A stretch of 64,000 bases of DNA. It comes from Chloroflexota bacterium (GTDB taxonomy: Bacteria > Chloroflexota > Anaerolineae > UBA1429). Below are positions 59,083 to 64,000 of the stretch, in pieces. The stretch lies in NCBI GenBank assembly GCA_034722245.1, contig JAYENT010000019.1, positions 10,425-74,424 of the forward strand, given 5' to 3'. Both the position numbers and the translations under genes were made by a program. Position 1 is the stretch's first letter. The number at the start of each line of letters is the position of its first letter. Under the pieces are notes generated by a model. It was not told the DNA's origin, did not search any database, and worked only from the letters and a program-made list of their open reading frames with translations.

Positions 59083-61401
59083 ATGTCCGGAAATCTCGTC
59101 ATCGTAGAATCGCCAGCGAAGGCCAAGACCATATCCAAATACCTGGGCAGAGGATACCGCGTGCTGGCCTCGGTGGGACACGTGCGCGATCTGCCACCCA
59201 AGGAACTGGGCGTGGACATTGCGAACGGCTTTGCCCCCACATACCAAGTATCCAAGGGCAAAGGGGAGGTGATTCGTAAGCTAAAGGAGGCCGTCGGGGA
59301 GAGCGATCTGGTCTATCTGGCCATGGACCCCGACCGAGAGGGCGAGGCCATCGCCTGGCACGTGGGCGAGGTTACGGGCCTGACAGAGGGCAAGACGCGG
59401 CGCATCGCCTTCTACCAGGTGACCAAGAGGGCCGTCCAAGAGGCCCTGAAAAATCCCCGAGGCTTGGACCGCGACCTGATCGACGCCCAGCAGAGCCGCC
59501 GCGTGCTGGACCGCCTGGTAGGCTACAAGATCAGCCCCATCCTGAGCAGAACCATGCGCAAGCCGTTGTCCGCCGGCCGCGTGCAGTCCGTGGCTTTGCG
59601 CCTGGTGGTGGAGCGGGAGCGCGAGATCGAGGCCTTTGTACCCGAGGAATATTGGACGCTGGAGGCAGAGTTGCAGCGCCGCACCCAGAAGAAGGAGCGC
59701 TTCAAAGCCCATCTGCTCCGCATAAAGGGCGAGAAGCCACACCTGGGCAGCAAGGAGGAGATGGACGAGATACTGCCGGTCCTGTCCAAGGCCACCTATA
59801 CAGTAACCAAGGTGAAAAAGGGACAGCGCAGGCGAAATCCCTATGCCCCGTTCATCACCAGCACCCTGCAGACCGAGGCCTCGCACAGGCTGCACTTCTC
59901 CCCACAGCGGACCATGCGCCTGGCCCAGCAGTTGTACGAGGGCATCGAACTGGGCGAAGGGGCTGATGCTGAAACGGTTGGGCTCATCACCTATATGCGC
60001 ACCGACTCGCCCCACGTGGCCCCCGAGGCCCAGGAGGAGGCCCGGCGCTACATCTCCAAGCGGTGGGGAGAGGAATATCTGCCCAGCAGCCCGCCAGCCT
60101 ATCGCTCCACGTCCTCCTCCGCCCAGGAGGCCCACGAGGCCATTCGCCCTACCTCGGTATTCCGGACACCGAAAACTGTGCGCAAGCACCTGAACCGCAG
60201 CCAGGCGCGGCTCTACGAGCTCATCTGGAGGCGTTTCCTGGCCAGCCAGATGCAGCCCGCCCTCTATGCCACCATGAGCGTGGACATCGTGGCCGCCAAG
60301 GATTACCTATTCCGGGCCACGGGACGCCGCCTCATCTTCCCCGGCTTCCTCGCCGTTTATAAGGAGGGAAAAAGCGAGAAGGACAGCCAGTTCCTGCCTC
60401 CCCTCGAAAAAGGCGAGGTGGTAGACCTGCACAAACTCCTCCCAGAGCAGCACTTTACCCAGCCGCCCCCTCGCTACAGCGAGTCCACGCTCATCAAAGC
60501 CCTCAAGGGCAAAGGCGTGGGGCGCCCCTCCACCTATGCCAGCATCATCAGCGTGATCCAGCGTCGGCGCTACGTGACCAAGGAGGACGGCAGGCTCAAG
60601 CCCACCGACCTGGGCATAACGGTGTGCGACGCCTTGGTGGCAGCCTTTTCCAACATCATGGAGGTGGAGTACACGGCCAGGATGGAGGAGCAGTTGGACC
60701 ACGTGGCCGAGGGCAAGGTGGGCTATGAGGCGATGCTCAGCGCCTTTTACGGCGATTTGGAGCCCAAACTTGGCGCGGCTCCAGACATCATGGACGAGGC
60801 CATACAGCGATCCCTCAAGGCCAACCTCCCCGAATCGCTGCGCAACCGCAACTGTCCCCTATGCGGAAAGCCCCTCGTCGTGCGTGTCAGCAAGATGGGG
60901 CGCTTTTTGGGCTGCACGGGCTACCCCGAATGCCGCTACACCCTGGATATCAGCGATCCCGAGAATCCCCAAGAGACCGAGGACGAATTCGTCGAGGGGG
61001 AGAGATGTCCAAAATGCGGCGGGCGCATGAAAATCGTGCACTATGGTAACCGAACCTTTTTGGGATGCGAGAACTACCCAAAGTGCAAATACACGCGCCC
61101 CATCCTTAGCGAGCGCATCAAAAATCTGGCCGCCGAGACCGCCTGTCCCAAGTGTGGCCGCAAGCCCATGGAGCCCCGCAAGGGACGCTATGGCGAGTAC
61201 CTCTACTGCCCCGACTGCGAGGAGAACTTTTCTCTGCGCAAGCTGGGCCTAGACAAGGTAGAAAAGGTGGACATCCCCTGCCCGAAATGCGGCCACAGTC
61301 CCCTGGAAAAGCGCACCGGGCGCTACGGGCCCTACTACCACTGCCCGGCCTGCAAGGCCAACACCTCGGAGAAAGAGATGGCCCGTATTCGTGGGGAATA
61401 A
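59083..61401 (+). CDS. topA: DNA topoisomerase I with C-terminal C4 zinc-ribbon repeats
   Basis: ATG 59083 with RBS AAGGAG at 9 nt. Toprim (LVIVESPAKAKTI, DPDREGE); active-site region; three or four CxxC...CxxC zinc ribbons at the C-terminus. Confidence 0.9.
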   Translation: MSGNLVIVESPAKAKTISKYLGRGYRVLASVGHVRDLPPKELGVDIANGFAPTYQVSKGKGEVIRKLKEAVGESDLVYLAMDPDREGEAIAWHVGEVTGLTEGKTRRIAFYQVTKRAVQEALKNPRGLDRDLIDAQQSRRVLDRLVGYKISPILSRTMRKPLSAGRVQSVALRLVVEREREIEAFVPEEYWTLEAELQRRTQKKERFKAHLLRIKGEKPHLGSKEEMDEILPVLSKATYTVTKVKKGQRRRNPYAPFITSTLQTEASHRLHFSPQRTMRLAQQLYEGIELGEGADAETVGLITYMRTDSPHVAPEAQEEARRYISKRWGEEYLPSSPPAYRSTSSSAQEAHEAIRPTSVFRTPKTVRKHLNRSQARLYELIWRRFLASQMQPALYATMSVDIVAAKDYLFRATGRRLIFPGFLAVYKEGKSEKDSQFLPPLEKGEVVDLHKLLPEQHFTQPPPRYSESTLIKALKGKGVGRPSTYASIISVIQRRRYVTKEDGRLKPTDLGITVCDALVAAFSNIMEVEYTARMEEQLDHVAEGKVGYEAMLSAFYGDLEPKLGAAPDIMDEAIQRSLKANLPESLRNRNCPLCGKPLVVRVSKMGRFLGCTGYPECRYTLDISDPENPQETEDEFVEGERCPKCGGRMKIVHYGNRTFLGCENYPKCKYTRPILSERIKNLAAETACPKCGRKPMEPRKGRYGEYLYCPDCEENFSLRKLGLDKVEKVDIPCPKCGHSPLEKRTGRYGPYYHCPACKANTSEKEMARIRGE

Positions 61402-61403
61402 GC

Positions 61404-61852
61404 CGTCGCACCGCCCTAAAGAGGCGGTGCTGGGGGGATCCACTAGAGAAACCGCGAAGCAGTTCTCGGATCCCCTCGGAGAATTGCACAGCGATTCTGC
61501 CAAGGGATATGCATCGCATATCGCTCAACCAGCCCCACCTGTTCACGGTGGGGCAAAGGCCCAGCCTCCAACACCTGCGAATCGAATTCGCAGGCTGTTA
61601 CTGTTGGAAACTTGCTAAAGACAGGTGGGGAAAATGCTACGAATTTTCCCTGGCAGAATTGTGAGCGATTCTGCATCCTATCCAAAAGTTGCGACTACTC
61701 ACGTCGCAATTCTGATACGCGCTAGCCTGTTTCCAACAGGCTTGTTGTGATGGACGTGGATTTCAATCCTCGGCGCAGGGCGAGGGTCAACGTCTACATC
61801 TGGAATCTGGAAGATCGCGGCGTCGCATCGCCCTAAAGAGGCGGTGCTGGGG
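61404..61852. repeat. 32-bp direct repeats (61404-61435 and 61821-61852, 31/32 identical, each with a CACCGCC/GGCGGTG hairpin) flanking a 384-bp hairpin-dense non-coding segment
   Basis: CGTCGCA(C/T)CGCCCTAAAGAGGCGGTGCTGGGG appears twice, 417 bp apart. The interior carries at least 6 perfect 7-9-bp stem-loops and degenerate copies of the GAGAATTGC...GCAATTCTC motif. Confidence 0.6.
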
Positions 61853-61941
61853 AGTTGCTCTGCAATTCTTCACCCTCCTTGCCCGACGAGAACGCCTCTC
61901 TCCTACATGTGGGAGAGGGATTGGGGAGAGGGCAAACGAGT

Positions 61942-63543
61942 TCAACTCCTAAGCAGATGCCGTCCCGGGCGGGCGCCCGTGTGCTCGCTATCCTCCACCA
62001 CGGGCACGCCGTTCACCAGCACGTGTTCCACGCCTCGCACGTAGGCCTCGGGTTCTTCCACCGTAGAGACCTCTTCTAGGTTCTCATAGTCAAAGACTAC
62101 CACGTCGGCGAACTGGCCCCGGCGCAGCAGACCGCGATCACGCAGGCCAAAGTGAGTGGCGGGCATGCTCGTCATCTTGCGAATGGTCTCCTCCAGTCGC
62201 AAGATGCCCTTCTCGCGGACATAGTGGGTCAAATAGTGGGTCATTCCCGCAAAGTGTATGGGATGGGCACAGGGGATGGAGAAGAACGGGTCGGTGGTGC
62301 TGGTAAAGCCATCCACCCCCAGGTTAAAGAGGGGATGGGAGGCCATGGAAGCCAACAACTCTTCCGATTTGAGGTCGCCGATGACAAAGAGGGCGTCCAT
62401 GGCCTCGCCGTGGGCGGCCAGGATGTCGAAGCAGCATTCCCACTCGTCCTGGCCCCATTTCTCCGCGATCTCGGGGAAGCTCATGCCCACCAGTTCGGGG
62501 AAGAGGGAACTCTTACCCATGCGTACTCGGTGCCACTCGCCGCGATGAATGAAACGCCAGTAGCGGTCGCAGTCGGTGCGCAGCCGCTCCCGCACCTCGG
62601 GATCTTTGAGCATTTCTGCTGCCCGGGCCGGTCCCTCGGATTTGACCCAGGGAGGCAGGATGCCCGCTAGCTGACCGATGCCATCGGGAAAGGGGGTGGT
62701 GTCGGCCATGACGTCCAACCCCTCTTCCTCGCGGCTCCGCACCACCGTCTCCACGGCCCGCTCCCAGGCTCCCTCGGGCGCGCCCGAATTGTAGCGCACG
62801 TTCAAGTGCGATACCTCTCCCACTGTGCCACTTTGGCGCACGATGTGCAGGAACTCCTCGATGGCCTCTTGTAGATGGGCGTCCCGGTTGCGGATGTGGC
62901 TGGCATAAAGTCCGTCGTATTCTCCTACCACCTTGGCCAATGTCACCACCTCCTCGGTGGGCGCCGTGCGCCCCGGCTCGAATTCGAGCCCCGTGGATAT
63001 GCCCAGGGCGCCAGCGTCCATGGCCTCACGAAGGGAGCGCTTCATGGCCTCCATCTGCTCCTCCGTGGCCGAGGGGCCGATGATCCCCGCGCTCTCGCGC
63101 AGCGTGTTATGGCCCACCAGCCAGGCCAGGTTGCAGGAGGTGCCCATCTCCTCCACCACGTCCAGGTACTCCCCAAAGGAGGACCAGTCCACGGGACCAT
63201 CGTAGGAATAGTCGCGCAGCTTGCTCGCGATGGTGGACCGGGACGATTCCGTGAGGGGGGCGTTGCTGTAGCCGCAGTTGCCCACCACCTCGCTGGTCAC
63301 GCCCTGACGGATGGTGCTCTGGGCCAGGGGGTTGGCGTGGATGGACCAGTCGCTGTGGCTGTGGGCGTCGATAAAGCCTGGGGAGACGATCTTGCCTTGG
63401 GCGTCGATGACACGCGCCGCCTCGGCCCCCTCCAACCGTCCCACCTCGGCGATGCGCTCGCCCTCGATGGCCACGTCCGCCGGATAGGCCGGATTCCCCG
63501 TGCCATCGATCACCCAACCGTCGCGAATCAATACGTCCAACAT
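61942..63543 (-). CDS. N-acyl-D-amino-acid deacylase (D-aminoacylase) family amidohydrolase
   Basis: MLDVLIRDGWVIDGTG...; metal-binding HSH (GFIDAHSHSD). Confidence 0.85.
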   Translation of the reverse strand: MLDVLIRDGWVIDGTGNPAYPADVAIEGERIAEVGRLEGAEAARVIDAQGKIVSPGFIDAHSHSDWSIHANPLAQSTIRQGVTSEVVGNCGYSNAPLTESSRSTIASKLRDYSYDGPVDWSSFGEYLDVVEEMGTSCNLAWLVGHNTLRESAGIIGPSATEEQMEAMKRSLREAMDAGALGISTGLEFEPGRTAPTEEVVTLAKVVGEYDGLYASHIRNRDAHLQEAIEEFLHIVRQSGTVGEVSHLNVRYNSGAPEGAWERAVETVVRSREEEGLDVMADTTPFPDGIGQLAGILPPWVKSEGPARAAEMLKDPEVRERLRTDCDRYWRFIHRGEWHRVRMGKSSLFPELVGMSFPEIAEKWGQDEWECCFDILAAHGEAMDALFVIGDLKSEELLASMASHPLFNLGVDGFTSTTDPFFSIPCAHPIHFAGMTHYLTHYVREKGILRLEETIRKMTSMPATHFGLRDRGLLRRGQFADVVVFDYENLEEVSTVEEPEAYVRGVEHVLVNGVPVVEDSEHTGARPGRHLLRS

Positions 63544-63567
63544 ACCTCTCTCCTCCTTCGCTTTCGT

Positions 63568-64000
63568 CTATTCCGCCAGCGCCAAAGCCTTCTCGATCAA
63601 TTCCGCCAATATTACCTCGTGCTCCCGCGAGGGATCCACCAGCGGGGGCCGCACCCCGCCCGAGGGCCTGCCACGCAGCCTGAGGCCGGCCTTGACCAGG
63701 GCCACCCCATAACCTGGCACCCGCGCCCGTAGCTGCGTATAGGGACGGTAGAAACCGTCGATGAGGCGGTCGGTCTCGCGCTCGTCGCCGCGGGCCAGGG
63801 CGCGGTCAAAGCGCCAGGCCAGCTCGGGCACGAACTCGATGCCGCCGGGCGAATAGGGGCGAATCCCCGCCGCGGTGTATTCCCTGGCATACATCTCGGC
63901 CGAGGGCATGCCGTTCATCAGCAGAAAATCGCCCCCCAACAGGTTGCGCACCTGATGCAGGCGCTCCAGATCCCCGTAACCATCCTTGAGTCCCACCACG
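63568..64000 (-). CDS. Dihydrodipicolinate synthase (DapA/NAL) family protein, C-terminal part; the gene continues past the window end
   Basis: The C-terminal helical region of the DHDPS-like TIM barrel; the ORF is open to the window edge. Confidence 0.65.
   Translation of the reverse strand, partial: VVGLKDGYGDLERLHQVRNLLGGDFLLMNGMPSAEMYAREYTAAGIRPYSPGGIEFVPELAWRFDRALARGDERETDRLIDGFYRPYTQLRARVPGYGVALVKAGLRLRGRPSGGVRPPLVDPSREHEVILAELIEKALALAE

Noticed and set aside
56350-61852. Possible CRISPR array at the repeat loci.
   Set aside because: There are only two repeat copies at each locus. Units of 134-153 bp or a 32-mer with a 384-bp spacer do not fit the CRISPR repeat/spacer geometry, and no cas genes are nearby.

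Overview
This is a high-GC bacterial chromosomal window that is mostly housekeeping genes, read from sequence alone; all coordinates are 1-based and include the stop codon. Main content, in order: (1) lysS (partial) and greA, then an enolase-superfamily enzyme, then a low-GC patch holding an MscS C-terminal-only mini-ORF, a cold-shock protein with an acidic N-extension and about 720 bp of unexplained low-GC non-coding DNA. (2) A long minus-strand block: PstS-like binding protein, uppP, tgt, aminotransferase, EamA transporter, parB, parA, PfkB kinase, jag/khpB, yidC, a PQQ beta-propeller lipoprotein, yidD, rnpA and rpmH. rpmH (L34) was absent from the ORF track because it is under 60 aa. (3) GNAT acetyltransferase, MoxR ATPase, URO-D-family protein, DUF4349 protein, metallophosphoesterase, sugar kinase, lipB, fmt, recJ, a NUDIX (CoA pyrophosphatase-like) hydrolase and an acetylxylan esterase. 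(4) A small GTGA-coupled TA-like ORF pair, then the operon ecfA1-ecfA2-ecfT-ECF S component-coaX-coaBC-DmpA/S58 peptidase. This operon is preceded by a promoter plus a perfect intrinsic terminator in its leader. (5) rpoD, then on the minus strand carD, rplP, rpsC and rpsU, which are detached from any S10 operon and lie next to an internally deleted IS30-family transposase remnant. (6) A GH4 glycosidase, class II aldolase and a TGS-uridine kinase fusion; then a secreted C1 peptidase, a DUF4139 protein, a DMT-PAP2-like fusion and a vWA + ChlI/BchI-like ATPase pair; then rbsK, an ATP-NAD kinase-family protein and lpdA. (7) A tandem 153-bp repeat that is dense in perfect palindromes, followed by a clan GH-A-like hydrolase, a membrane-anchored nitroreductase and topA. 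(8) A 32-bp direct-repeat-flanked, hairpin-dense 384-bp non-coding segment after topA, then a D-aminoacylase and a partial DHDPS-family gene. The most unusual items are the two repeat/hairpin loci (56350-56655 and 61404-61852), which share a GAGAATTGC-N3-GCAATTCTC palindrome, and the terminator-containing leader upstream of the pantothenate/CoA ECF operon. No CRISPR array, tRNA or rRNA was found. Many long ORFs in the track are antisense artefacts of the high-GC coding regions.
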